This document shows positions 20,916 to 30,832 of a DNA stretch of 64,000 bases, piece by piece; the first letter of the stretch is position 1; the number at the start of each line of letters is the position of its first letter. The notes under the pieces were generated by a model. It saw nothing but the letters and a program-made list of their open reading frames with translations, was not told the origin of the DNA and did no database searches. This DNA is from a virus (Duplodnaviria; Heunggongvirae; Uroviricota; Caudoviricetes): the IMG/VR virus record IMGVR_UViG_3300020050_007388, positions 15,730 through 79,729 of that record. The stretch is one strand, 5' to 3'. The position numbers were made by a program, and so were the translations under genes.

Positions 20916-21997
20916 TAAGGTATATAATCTATAATTGTTTTAACTGTAGGAAATCTTAAACTATTATCTTCAGTTTTTCCAAAGAATTTAATTGTTGCTT
21001 GCTTTCCTATGATTTTATCTCGATCTCTCCAAACAGCTCTCATGTATTCTTCAGTACCAGTCATAGTTGGAAAACATGAACCTTCATCTAATTGAATACT
21101 AAGCATATTTGCACAACCTGCTCTATTCCCCTTACCTTCCAATATATCAACAATTTTAAACTCGGCATCTTGCCAATCTTTATATTTAAGAAGTTGTTTA
21201 CTACGTTTATTCTCATAGCCACCTAAATCCATTCTAATAATAGATCCTTCATAACCTTGCACAATAAACTGTTCATGGTATTGTTTAAGTTCTTCCATAG
21301 ATTTAATTTCATATGTAGGAACAAGTTGAAAAAAAGATCCTGGGTAGCACCAACTAGCAAAATCATTTTTTAACATCTCATACCTTTTTGAAAAAACTTT
21401 ATCCGATACATAAGGATAATCATACATCCAGTATTGAATTAACTTTTCAGATTCAGCAAGATCTGCTAACTCAGGTTTAGTTTTTCTTACCAAACTTATG
21501 ATCTTATTAAAATCTGATCTTAATTCATGATTGTATAATTCTCCATCTAAGCCAAACAAATTAATTTCTAGATGAGGGCAACTAACAATGGGTTTACCAG
21601 CTCTTGTCATCAACTTTTTATCATTAAGGTAACACCTAACTCCATCCAATTTAGGTTGAATAAACGTAGGAACTGTAAATAGAAGTTTCTCATATTTAGA
21701 AAATTCAAATGCTAACATTGGTTCAAAGAATTTCTTTTCTGCAGTTAATACTTCATTATAACCTGAATCCAACTTCTTTTGCCATTTAGCTTGAGCTTCC
21801 AATTGAGCTTGTTGCTCATCAGTAGTTTCATTAGATCTACCTACATTCTTACCAGTGCAATAGGTAGGACTAGAGGTGGTTAACTTACCACCTTGAATCC
21901 CTTCTATTGTATAGAAATAATTTTCACCTGAAGGAACAATAATCTCCCAAGATTGAACTTGTCCCCTAGTTGTGTATTTATACAGCTTTGGTAGCAT
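20915..21997 (-). CDS. ATP-dependent DNA ligase (T7-like size, 360 aa)
   Basis: Motif I KLDGVRCY (KxDGxR), EGSIIRMD-like motif IV and a K-rich motif V region. Size and order are consistent with phage ATP-dependent ligases. Confidence 0.75.
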   Translation of the reverse strand: MLPKLYKYTTRGQVQSWEIIVPSGENYFYTIEGIQGGKLTTSSPTYCTGKNVGRSNETTDEQQAQLEAQAKWQKKLDSGYNEVLTAEKKFFEPMLAFEFSKYEKLLFTVPTFIQPKLDGVRCYLNDKKLMTRAGKPIVSCPHLEINLFGLDGELYNHELRSDFNKIISLVRKTKPELADLAESEKLIQYWMYDYPYVSDKVFSKRYEMLKNDFASWCYPGSFFQLVPTYEIKSMEELKQYHEQFIVQGYEGSIIRMDLGGYENKRSKQLLKYKDWQDAEFKIVDILEGKGNRAGCANMLSIQLDEGSCFPTMTGTEEYMRAVWRDRDKIIGKQATIKFFGKTEDNSLRFPTVKTIIDYIP

Positions 21998-22235
21998 TCT
22001 GTAACAGTTCTATTTCAGACATCATTACGTCTGGTCTATCTTTTAAATCCGTGAACATTCTCATCAAACCTTTTAAAACAATTTCTTTGTCTTCTTGTGT
22101 AGAAGACATACTGTGTGTATGAAAAGTAATTAGGTTCGCCAATACAATTTCACATTGTTCAATTGGGGTTCTACCTTTTAAGTTTTCTATTAATCCTGCA
22201 ATAAATTGCACATCATGTTGTTCTATTGTACTCAT
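21978..22235 (-). CDS. hypothetical protein (85 aa)
   Basis: ORF only. Confidence 0.4.
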   Translation of the reverse strand: MSTIEQHDVQFIAGLIENLKGRTPIEQCEIVLANLITFHTHSMSSTQEDKEIVLKGLMRMFTDLKDRPDVMMSEIELLQNATKAV

Positions 22236-22318
22236 TTTATAACTTTAAGAATTAGCTACAAGTATGTTGTGATCCAGGAATAATTTGTGCCCCACAATGT
22301 TTACATCTAGGGTAAGCT

Positions 22319-22630
22319 CTAAACCTTTTCCAAAGTTGAATTAATTTCTTTCTCATTTCTTAATTTTAGTTCTAAAATAGCTAAAGTATTCCAAGCTAAA
22401 GCTGCTAAGTGATCTAATTCAGTTTCATTTTCTTCACCATCTTGCATTAAATGGCGAACTAAAGCATCTTCATATTGTTCAATTGGAAACTTGGTAAAAC
22501 CCTGCCAATCTTGGTCAATATCTGAATATTTTTCATGACCCAATTCAGATCTTTTAGCTACAGATTTAATAGCTAATGGAAATTGTTCAACTATTGTTTT
22601 GAACATTCTAGGTTTTTCGTGTTTTTTCAT
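22319..22630 (-). CDS. possible MazG-like nucleotide pyrophosphohydrolase (103 aa)
   Basis: Small all-helical protein with acidic EExE/D-rich segments (DGEENETELDHLAALAWNTLAILE) resembling the MazG/HisE fold. Weak. Confidence 0.3.
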   Translation of the reverse strand: MKKHEKPRMFKTIVEQFPLAIKSVAKRSELGHEKYSDIDQDWQGFTKFPIEQYEDALVRHLMQDGEENETELDHLAALAWNTLAILELKLRNEKEINSTLEKV

Positions 22631-23012
22631 TTCTATATTTTAGTTCGTAAAGAAATATTAAGTGATAAGCTTTCCATTGAGTTTGAATTACTTCTGGTGG
22701 AAGTAGTTTTTGTGTAAAATAAATTAAGATTCCTAAAATATGATCTGAATCAAGATCTTTTAATAATTGATATTTTGTTTCAGGTAACCTATTATTAGCT
22801 ATATCATAGTTTTGACCCCACTTAAACTGTTCTCTAATATCTCCAATCAGGTTCCAGATAGTATCTGTTTTTAATTCTCCACTAAATCGAGTATAATCAA
22901 ATCCACCATCAATAAACTCACCAGATTCAAATTTTTGATAATCATATCTATGGAATGAAAACAGTTTAACTCCATCTTTTTCAATATAAGAAATTTCCAT
23001 AGATTTAACCAA
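22608..23012 (-). CDS. hypothetical protein (134 aa)
   Basis: ORF only. Confidence 0.45.
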   Translation of the reverse strand: MVKSMEISYIEKDGVKLFSFHRYDYQKFESGEFIDGGFDYTRFSGELKTDTIWNLIGDIREQFKWGQNYDIANNRLPETKYQLLKDLDSDHILGILIYFTQKLLPPEVIQTQWKAYHLIFLYELKYRNEKTRKT

Positions 23013-23226
23013 TATGTCGATTCTTTTTTACAATCTCAACATTGTTTTGCATTATTACACGAACCAAATCTGACTGTATAATTTGTTTTGTAGGTTCGGT
23101 TTTAACTTCAGTTTGTTTAGTGCTCTCTTTCTTCATTTGGAATTTCTTTTTTAATATCATGCATCCATTTAGGAACTTCTTTCTTTTGACAAGAACATAA
23201 TTCATTCTTGTAAATAATTTTATCAC
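23005..23226 (-). CDS. hypothetical protein (73 aa)
   Basis: ORF only. Confidence 0.3.
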   Translation of the reverse strand: MIKLFTRMNYVLVKRKKFLNGCMILKKKFQMKKESTKQTEVKTEPTKQIIQSDLVRVIMQNNVEIVKKNRHIG

Positions 23227-23315
23227 AATTAGGACATTGAATTGTGTCTTCTTTTACTTCTTTAACTTCTTCTTCCATCCTTCTATAAAACTGATTAAAT
23301 TAATTAATGCTTTCA

Positions 23316-23618
23316 TTATTTTCCAGTTGAGCTAAAGTTTGAAACTGTTTTACAAAAATTGATAAACTCTTTATCAGATAACATACCTTTCATTTTATTT
23401 ATGTCTTTATGAACCCATTGAATATTATCAGTTGTGTAATTCTTCTTACTATCTTTTCGATCAATAGACGCAGTTTGAACAACTTTTGTTTTCCTACCGT
23501 TATTCTGATTTGACCATTGAGGATTTAATATAATGTCAAGTCCACTTAAAGCACATTTCTTGTTTTGTTTCAGAAATAAACTCCAAAGAAAAGTCATTGT
23601 TACATCATCACTAAACAA
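23316..23618 (-). CDS. HNH endonuclease (short, possibly N-terminally truncated)
   Basis: CALSG ... ASIDRKDSKKNYTTDNIQWVHKDINKMKG matches the HNH core (ASIDRxD...N.Q.V...N..KG). Followed by ~250 nt with no ORF (23619-23875). Confidence 0.6.
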   Translation of the reverse strand: MFSDDVTMTFLWSLFLKQNKKCALSGLDIILNPQWSNQNNGRKTKVVQTASIDRKDSKKNYTTDNIQWVHKDINKMKGMLSDKEFINFCKTVSNFSSTGK

Positions 23619-23875
23619 TTTACCTTTTGATTTCCGACTATATTTAAAAGATGTATAATAAGATTTAGATAATTCTCCTACACATTCTGCTTTAAAACGA
23701 CCTACAGTATTAGTACAACCACAACTTTTTGATTTATTGTTATTTAGTTGTCAAGTGAGTACATTTCTTACTGTACCACAAATATACTCGCAAGTATTTT
23801 TATATACGCCATTTTCCTTAAATCTATCTGAAATAATTCTCCAATTGCCAATTTGGGTTCCTATTTTTATATTCA

Positions 23876-24337
23876 TTAAGTCATCCCCGTACTGCCAAAA
23901 CCACCTTCACCTCGTTCAGTAGAAGATAATTCTTCTACCACATAAAGTTCAGGTTGTTCTATTTTATTAAATACTAATTGTGCAATTCTATCTCCATGAT
24001 TAATCGGATAATAATATTGGTCGTTGTTATTTTTCAATAAAACACAAATTTCTCCCCTATAATCAGAGTCAATTGTTCCAGGAGAGTTAGCTACACAAAT
24101 TCCTTTACTTGCCATACCAGATCTAGTTCTTACTTGACATTCATAACCTACAGGAATTTCCATGTAAATACCTGTTGGAATTTTATATGTAGCTCCTGGA
24201 GGAATCTCTGTGTAGGTTGTAGGTTCATCTGTACTTGGATCAAATACTAGATTTGCACAAATATCCATACCTGCACTACCTTGAGTTTTAAACTCAGGTA
24301 ATGGGTTAGACGACTTATTTACTATTTTAACTATCAT
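23876..24337 (-). CDS. dut: dUTP pyrophosphatase (dUTPase)
   Basis: All five trimeric dUTPase motifs: AGMD, RSG, GTIDSDYRGE, GDRIAQLV, RGEGGFGSTG. Confidence 0.9.
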   Translation of the reverse strand: MIVKIVNKSSNPLPEFKTQGSAGMDICANLVFDPSTDEPTTYTEIPPGATYKIPTGIYMEIPVGYECQVRTRSGMASKGICVANSPGTIDSDYRGEICVLLKNNNDQYYYPINHGDRIAQLVFNKIEQPELYVVEELSSTERGEGGFGSTGMT

Positions 24338-24522
24338 TTTCTTGTTCTTTTAGCAGTTCCATCTTCTGGAATTAATTTACCAGGTCGATGTTCATTAAAT
24401 GTTTTTTCAAATTCAGTACCTTGAAATCTTTCTCTTTCAAGTTCTAGAGGATCCATATTATTAATTATCTCTCCTAGGTTTTTTTTCGATATATCCTCTT
24501 CCAAGTATGTTCGTTTTTTCAT
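24334..24522 (-). CDS. hypothetical protein (62 aa)
   Basis: ORF only. Overlaps its neighbour's start. Confidence 0.3.
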   Translation of the reverse strand: MKKRTYLEEDISKKNLGEIINNMDPLELERERFQGTEFEKTFNEHRPGKLIPEDGTAKRTRK

Positions 24523-25078
24523 AATTCAATATTTCTTGGTTCATACACGGGGGAATGTCATATTGACTAATTGGAACACTAATTCCATTTGGTCTAGACT
24601 CCAACGTTTCAATTGAATGTCGAGTATTAAACCATTCATTTAGTAAATCTACGTAAACTTGTTTATATTCAGGATCTCTAGTTAAAACCTTTTTAGTTTT
24701 ACCTGAAGTACTAAATGCTAAGTTAATTTGATCTTCTAAATAAATATCTGAATACCGACCTTCTTCAAACGCTGCATAATTTAACTCAGGTCTTACTTCT
24801 ACAGCATATACATTTTCATTATGCATGTAATCATCAATATATTCATTGTTTTGTTTTAAAGTTTTAATTAACTCATGTATTGCAATAGTATTTTTCCTAT
24901 CATAATACAAAACAATTTTCTCATTCTTATAGGAACAACATAAAAAATTATCTTTTAAATTTGTTAATGCTGGTCTATAAGATTTCATCAGTACTATTGC
25001 AGGATAAAGATAATATCTAGTTCTATTTAGATACCCTTTCTCTACAATAAACTGTTCCTTATTGTCGTATTTAATCAT
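24461..25078 (-). CDS. hypothetical protein (205 aa)
   Basis: ORF only. Confidence 0.5.
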   Translation of the reverse strand: MIKYDNKEQFIVEKGYLNRTRYYLYPAIVLMKSYRPALTNLKDNFLCCSYKNEKIVLYYDRKNTIAIHELIKTLKQNNEYIDDYMHNENVYAVEVRPELNYAAFEEGRYSDIYLEDQINLAFSTSGKTKKVLTRDPEYKQVYVDLLNEWFNTRHSIETLESRPNGISVPISQYDIPPCMNQEILNYEKTNILGRGYIEKKPRRDN

Positions 25079-25081
25079 GGA

Positions 25082-25483
25082 TTAAATTTCTGGATTATTG
25101 GTTTCATAGTTTTTAATTAACTCTAGAAAGAAAGAGTATTCAATGGTAACCTGATTCATTTCTGGCTGACTCTGTTTACCTCCTTTAATCCTATTTAGTT
25201 TATTAATTAAAACATATGGTAAATTGTGCACTGGATGTGCTTTAGGAAAATTCTTTTCTACCAAAGCTTTCATTTCTAAATAAAGAACTTCAAATTTTGG
25301 TCTTGATTTATTATAACCTGCTTTACACTGAATAAGTAATGGTATACCTGTCAAATCAATTTTACAGTCATCCAACAATCTACTAGTTTGTCTTGCAGTT
25401 TTACAAAATGGAAACTTAGATCTTAAATCTTTGGCTACAGTTTGTTCTAGAACATTACCTTTTACTTTATTTGGGTGTGCCAT
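25082..25483 (-). CDS. hypothetical protein (133 aa)
   Basis: ORF only. Confidence 0.5.
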   Translation of the reverse strand: MAHPNKVKGNVLEQTVAKDLRSKFPFCKTARQTSRLLDDCKIDLTGIPLLIQCKAGYNKSRPKFEVLYLEMKALVEKNFPKAHPVHNLPYVLINKLNRIKGGKQSQPEMNQVTIEYSFFLELIKNYETNNPEI

Positions 25484-25642
25484 TAGTGTTTGTAATTAAA
25501 GTAGAAGTAAACATGACATTTTTGAAATGTAGTGAAACTCTAAAATCTCCATCAACATATAACAAGTGTTCTATTCTTAAATACTTACTAAGGTATTCTC
25601 TAAAGAATACCTGTCCATTTTCACTTTCCAAAATAGTTTTAA

Positions 25643-25969
25643 TTACATCAACTGACGCTTGATCCACTTCTTGAGCCATGAGTCTTCTGGTTTAATTGTT
25701 ATTTCGTAATTAGGTAAATATCCATAGGATTTAATATATCCACGAACCCCATTCTCTTCAGAAAGCATTATAAAGTGAGTTTGAGATAGTTGCCTCACAA
25801 TATATTCATGAAACCAACGTTTACCACTTCTACTTTCCAATACAGTTTTAAATATTTCAAGGGTTGCTGGGTCTATATCATCTGGTTCAAACATGGGACT
25901 TGGTATTAGTGGATATTCTTTAACATAAGGTGTTCTAGCCATACGAGGATCACAATTGGTCATATCCAA
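25643..25969 (-). CDS. hypothetical protein (108 aa)
   Basis: ORF only. Confidence 0.45.
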   Translation of the reverse strand: MDMTNCDPRMARTPYVKEYPLIPSPMFEPDDIDPATLEIFKTVLESRSGKRWFHEYIVRQLSQTHFIMLSEENGVRGYIKSYGYLPNYEITIKPEDSWLKKWIKRQLM

Positions 25970-26673
25970 TTAATTTGTTCTTGTCCAGATTCCAACAAAT
26001 AAGCATTAACTTCTTGATAGAATCCTGTGAATTTATTACTTCCATGACTTTCTGCTGCTGGATGGTACCTAGATAATTTATAATGTAACTTTTCATTAAC
26101 CAAGTTAGAATATAGTTGAGCTTGTGCTCCTAAGAATACAAATACTAAACTAGTCATCTCCTTTCTAGTTATTTTAAAGTCATTTAAAACTTTAATTAAT
26201 CCTGCCATAAAATCTTCCCATAATTTACTGTGACTTCCAGATTTAAAAGCTTCACAACTCAAACTAGAATTTAGAAGTAAAACTCCTTGTTCTTCCCATT
26301 GAGTTAAAGTAGAATCAAATAATTCAGTATCACAATCAGGGTACTCTATTTGTAACTCTCTAACCAACATATTTAAACTAGGTTGTCTTTTTTCTCCATA
26401 CTTAACTGCAAATGACAAACCTGTAGCCACTCCAGGTTGAGGATATGGGTCTTGCGAGCAAATAACAACTTTAATTAAATCAGGATTCAATCTTAGACAT
26501 CTTAAAATCTTATCTGGAGTATCAGGACACAATGTTCCACCTTTATTGATTACTGAAACAATTGTTCTATCTAGAATATCCATTAAAGACTCAGTTTCAT
26601 TAGCTGGAGTATTGAGTAAAGTCTTCCATCCAGGATGTATTCCTGCTACTGCTAATTCTGTTACTTTATGCAT
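25960..26673 (-). CDS. ung: uracil-DNA glycosylase, family 1 (UNG-like)
   Basis: Collinear with E. coli Ung. [24 protein letters not shown] matches [35 protein letters not shown] matches [24 protein letters not shown] matches [24 protein letters not shown] matches [20 protein letters not shown] matches HPSPLSAHRG; C-terminal INWI matches IDWMP. Confidence 0.85.
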   Translation of the reverse strand: [237 protein letters not shown]

Positions 26674-26933
26674 TATCCAAATGATTTTCTAGCGTCAACT
26701 TCATTATCAAATAATCTACAACCCCAAATAGTCCAATTATCAATTGGTTTCGTAGTTTCAGAATCAAGTAACCCACCTTTTACCGCACTTACTTTACCGT
26801 ATTTTTCAACAGCTTCTTGATTTAATTTTTCAACTGCTTCATCAAAACTATCTGCTTCATATTCACCAATCATTTGTGCATCACTTTGATTTCCAGTAAC
26901 TGCATAACCTTCCATCCAAATTTCATATTTCAT
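26673..26933 (-). CDS. hypothetical protein (86 aa)
   Basis: ORF only. Confidence 0.4.
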   Translation of the reverse strand: MKYEIWMEGYAVTGNQSDAQMIGEYEADSFDEAVEKLNQEAVEKYGKVSAVKGGLLDSETTKPIDNWTIWGCRLFDNEVDARKSFG

Positions 26934-27877
26934 AATATTAATTTTTTTGTATTTTCTATTCCAAACTTACTAATCATTTCAAATGGATCTTTAACATCAC
27001 ACTCTATGACTTTATAAGGATAACCATATTTTTCACTTAACTTTTGAGCTTGTAAAATTCCAGATATATCATTATCATATAAGAAAGATATATCTTTAAA
27101 ACTTACATCTAAATCTAAAGCTATTTCATCAGGTAAATAACAACCTTCATTTTGCAAAGCTATACTTGGAATACCAATAAAATAACCTAACATCAATCTA
27201 TCTTTCCCTGATTTGGTTATTATAAGTTTGTCGGAATAGGATTGATAATATTTTATTTTATGGTATCCAAATATATCTTGTGTACTGCAATTGGAATACC
27301 ATTTATTCTCCAACTCATTTGGAAAATAAAGTTTCACATGATTAGTTTCTGGAAAAAAATATGCTATAGTTAGAGTTTTATTTGGGTCATGAATACTGTT
27401 TTTGAACCAACCACCTTTTGTTTTTATCCAGTAGTTCTTGACCTTAAATACTAACTCTTTCTCCAGAATATCTCCAGACAACATAAACATGTTAGGTTCT
27501 TCCCAAGGTTGTTTTTCAAACCTAATTTCTGGAACAAATGTTTTGTTTGGAATAACTTTACCTACTTTTACTGGAAGAGATTTTTGCCAAAGTATATCTA
27601 AAGCTTCTTGAAAGCTACAATTCTTAACATACATTACTACATCAATACAAGACCAATATAGTTTGTTGTTAAACATTGTATTTTCAACAAAATAAAGAAT
27701 CCCGGAATACCATATAAAACGGCATCCAGGATTCTTATCATTTGCTCTAAATGGAGACTTAAACCTTTGGCTCAAATCAGGGTATATTCCAAGATATTCT
27801 GAAAAGACTTGCTCTTGAGAAATCTGGTTCAATACCTCTGAACTCTTCCTATATGTTGGTCTAAGTCCTTTAAACAT
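26930..27877 (-). CDS. putative DNA primase (TOPRIM-like C-terminal domain)
   Basis: C-terminal ALQNEGCYLPDEI ... FLYDNDISGILQAQK resembles the TOPRIM conserved Glu plus DxD(xxG) motifs of DnaG-type primases. The Cys-containing N-terminal region may bind zinc. Confidence 0.4.
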   Translation of the reverse strand: MFKGLRPTYRKSSEVLNQISQEQVFSEYLGIYPDLSQRFKSPFRANDKNPGCRFIWYSGILYFVENTMFNNKLYWSCIDVVMYVKNCSFQEALDILWQKSLPVKVGKVIPNKTFVPEIRFEKQPWEEPNMFMLSGDILEKELVFKVKNYWIKTKGGWFKNSIHDPNKTLTIAYFFPETNHVKLYFPNELENKWYSNCSTQDIFGYHKIKYYQSYSDKLIITKSGKDRLMLGYFIGIPSIALQNEGCYLPDEIALDLDVSFKDISFLYDNDISGILQAQKLSEKYGYPYKVIECDVKDPFEMISKFGIENTKKLIL

Positions 27878-28726
27878 TTAGTTCCAGCTTCCTCCAGCTT
27901 GTGGTGTAGGATTGTTAGGTACGTTATTAAAGCAATCAGCTTTATTAAAGTCTTGATACTTGATGGTAAACAAGTCCTTTATTAAAGGATATGCTTGAGT
28001 TTGTCCAGCACCAACTTCTAAAGATTTTTCATATCTTTCAAGAAGTTTCTTTTCAGCCCAATCTGTAACAGGCCCTGAAAACCATGTTTCAGATGCACCA
28101 GAAACTCCTTGATAGTTCTTAGTTGTAGTGTTACCATCAGTACCTACTACATCTTTTTCACGAACTACCAATACCATTGAAATCAATTTACCATTTTCAG
28201 CAGCCCAAGCTGCAAGTTGATTCATACCTTTGTATGAAGCATTATACAAACTTACTACGTCTACACCTTGCTCTGTAAGTTGATTATACAGATTTTCTCC
28301 AGACTTATAGTCAAAGTTAATCAATTTTGCAATAAAATTAATTACATCAGCTTCACCAATTTTAAGTGGTTTATGATCTGCAAATTCTGGTTTAACAACT
28401 CCACCTTTTTTAGCCCAAACTACTGTACCTGTACTGGTACATACTTGATAGTTACCAGATTTAGCAATGGCATCATCTTGACCAACGTTAATTCTAAAAT
28501 TAACTACAAGACCATCTTCATTTTTAAGATAAATGTTAATTGGTCTAACTTGATGCTCTCTACTGTAATCATCAGTAATGTCATAGTTTGGATCCTGAAC
28601 ATTTTCTCGTCCAGTCCATTCTTCAATTTGTGCTGCTGTTGGATTTACTCCTAAAAATGTAAATGCTGTTAAACCGGTTTTGAGATATGAACCGTTTGAG
28701 TTTCCTGTTTTTGTTCCTGTAAACAT
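27878..28726 (-). CDS. hypothetical protein (282 aa)
   Basis: ORF only. Sits between the primase-like and Sak4-like genes. Confidence 0.5.
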   Translation of the reverse strand: MFTGTKTGNSNGSYLKTGLTAFTFLGVNPTAAQIEEWTGRENVQDPNYDITDDYSREHQVRPINIYLKNEDGLVVNFRINVGQDDAIAKSGNYQVCTSTGTVVWAKKGGVVKPEFADHKPLKIGEADVINFIAKLINFDYKSGENLYNQLTEQGVDVVSLYNASYKGMNQLAAWAAENGKLISMVLVVREKDVVGTDGNTTTKNYQGVSGASETWFSGPVTDWAEKKLLERYEKSLEVGAGQTQAYPLIKDLFTIKYQDFNKADCFNNVPNNPTPQAGGSWN

Positions 28727-28740
28727 TGATTAAATTAAGA

Positions 28741-29046
28741 TTAAGGATTATTAAAGTTGATTGTTGCTTTTGTTAGAATACTGTCTTTAGGGCTTACACT
28801 CAAAGAATTAATTGGTGCTGCAAGAGTCCCGTAATAAGGTTTGTTCCAAGGATTCCAATACGGATTCCTATAAACTTCTTTTTCTACAATAATTTCTTTG
28901 TATTTAATGGTTTCCACATATGGAATGAATTTCCATTGTTCCCAATCTTCTGGAAACCAAGATATTAAATAATTAAAAACAGTTGCCACTTGAGCTTGAC
29001 CTTCAATAGCAACTGTTTTATCTTCAGTGTTTACATGTAATTTCAT
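28741..29046 (-). CDS. hypothetical protein (101 aa)
   Basis: ORF only. Confidence 0.45.
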   Translation of the reverse strand: MKLHVNTEDKTVAIEGQAQVATVFNYLISWFPEDWEQWKFIPYVETIKYKEIIVEKEVYRNPYWNPWNKPYYGTLAAPINSLSVSPKDSILTKATINFNNP

Positions 29047-29849
29047 TTAACAAAAACTTTATCCCAACTATCCTTAAAGATCTTATTCTGACCTGTTGTA
29101 GTATAATCTGGATTTGTTAGTTCTAAAATTACAAACTCTTGGTTACTTAAGTGTGCAGGTCTAGCTCCAGTAGCCAAATCCTGTTCATGCGTTTTAAAAC
29201 TTAAAATAGTTTGATTCACATTTTGAGGATTTCTATACATGTAACCAATTGCATCTGCTCCAGCACAAGTAATTTGTTTGATCTTACCTGTGAGTGCCAA
29301 ATCCTTAGCAGCTAAGTCCTTACCTTGTTTATTAATACTTGAGTCTTTTGTATGACTTACCAAGATAAAACATGTATTACACTTACCTTCTAAAGGTTCT
29401 AACAACTTTTCAAAAGCTTTTCTCAACCAACCATAACCTGCTCCATTTGGGAGTTCTGATATAACGTCTGTTCCAGGAAAACTTTTACCCATAGGTGTTT
29501 GCTTATAAAGTACTGTTGCAAATTTAGTAGCATATTCTTCTAATGCAGATGTAGTATCCACAGTCAAGAAATCATATTGCCATCTTCCATTTGCTTTATA
29601 ATACTTTAACAATTCATCACCAATACTTTGAAACACAGCCATTGGATTGGTATCATTATCTCGTAAGATCTTTTTAATATCAATCTTCATGGCTTCTACA
29701 TACTCTGAACCTTCTTCTAGATCCAGAATTAAATTGTTAGGAAGCTTTGACAGGGCCTCTGTTTTACCCACCTTAGTATGAGCAAAGAAAACTGCTCTGC
29801 GTGGATTTTGTGATTTGACTTTTTCTACCTCTGTTGGTAAAGTAAACAT
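29043..29849 (-). CDS. putative RecA-fold Sak4-like recombination ATPase
   Basis: N-terminal Walker A FFAHTKVGKTEA followed by LPNNLILDLEEGSE, matching the Sak4 pattern GxxGxGKT...L.iDtEgG. 268 aa. Confidence 0.4.
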   Translation of the reverse strand: MFTLPTEVEKVKSQNPRRAVFFAHTKVGKTEALSKLPNNLILDLEEGSEYVEAMKIDIKKILRDNDTNPMAVFQSIGDELLKYYKANGRWQYDFLTVDTTSALEEYATKFATVLYKQTPMGKSFPGTDVISELPNGAGYGWLRKAFEKLLEPLEGKCNTCFILVSHTKDSSINKQGKDLAAKDLALTGKIKQITCAGADAIGYMYRNPQNVNQTILSFKTHEQDLATGARPAHLSNQEFVILELTNPDYTTTGQNKIFKDSWDKVFVK

Positions 29850-29897
29850 TATTGATTAAATTTAAGATTAAAGGAATCGGTTCTTGGGATTTGATAA

Positions 29898-30155
29898 TTA
29901 TACCAACTCTTCTGTTTCCAACGCTACATTACTTGTAGTAGGTGCTTCAGATACAGTATCATCAATTACAGTGATCCAGCTTGTACTAGATTTACGTGCT
30001 CTAGAACGTAGATTGAAACCATTTGCTTTAAACAGTTCATGTACCATTTTAACAGATACTTCTACACCAGCCTCAATACTGAAATCAGCTGCAATTTCTT
30101 CCCATGTTTTTCCACCGTTAAAGATGGATGTTAGTTGTGTTTTAGTCACTTTCAT
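29898..30155 (-). CDS. hypothetical protein (85 aa)
   Basis: ORF only. Confidence 0.4.
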   Translation of the reverse strand: MKVTKTQLTSIFNGGKTWEEIAADFSIEAGVEVSVKMVHELFKANGFNLRSRARKSSTSWITVIDDTVSEAPTTSNVALETEELV

Positions 30156-30832
30156 TTTTTAATTAATTTTATTAATTTGATTTGTTCCAATGTGATAGTG
30201 GTTACCATTAATGCATCTAGTAACCTGGCTGCGGATGGTTCTCTTGTTTTCCAATCTAGTTGATAACTATTTGCAAAATTAGACCATCCATTTAACTTAC
30301 TTAAATTTCCTCCAAATATGGAGCTATGATAATAAAGTGTTATTGCATGTAACAACAATTCAATTCCTGTCCAATCAATAGTCATTAGTGTATGAACTGC
30401 TAATCGAACATTGATTTTGTTACTTGAATCAGATAACATTTGAGCAATACTTAAATACAATTCTGGTGTAAATTCAATCTTAGGTTTTGATTCAACTTTG
30501 AACTTACGAACCGCTTTAACAAAATCTTGTAAATCAACATATTTGTGTCTATTTAAAAGTTCAGTAGGTACTGACTTAGGTTTTTCTTCAGTTATCCCAA
30601 AATAAGGTCTGTGACCAACAATTTTATCAGCTTCTTCAGTTGTATTAACTCTAGTACATCCAATAGATTCTAAATACGAAGCTGTTATTTTAACACCTTC
30701 ATTGTAAGGTTTGCTTATATAAACTTTATCTCCATGAGAAAGTTCGTTGTGAAACTCAAGAAGGATCTTATCTTTAACAACCCAAAAAGGCTTGGAATAA
30801 TTACGAATTTCAAAGAAATCATCTACTTCCAT
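30152..30832 (-). CDS. hypothetical protein (226 aa)
   Basis: ORF only. Confidence 0.5.
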   Translation of the reverse strand: MEVDDFFEIRNYSKPFWVVKDKILLEFHNELSHGDKVYISKPYNEGVKITASYLESIGCTRVNTTEEADKIVGHRPYFGITEEKPKSVPTELLNRHKYVDLQDFVKAVRKFKVESKPKIEFTPELYLSIAQMLSDSSNKINVRLAVHTLMTIDWTGIELLLHAITLYYHSSIFGGNLSKLNGWSNFANSYQLDWKTREPSAARLLDALMVTTITLEQIKLIKLIKK

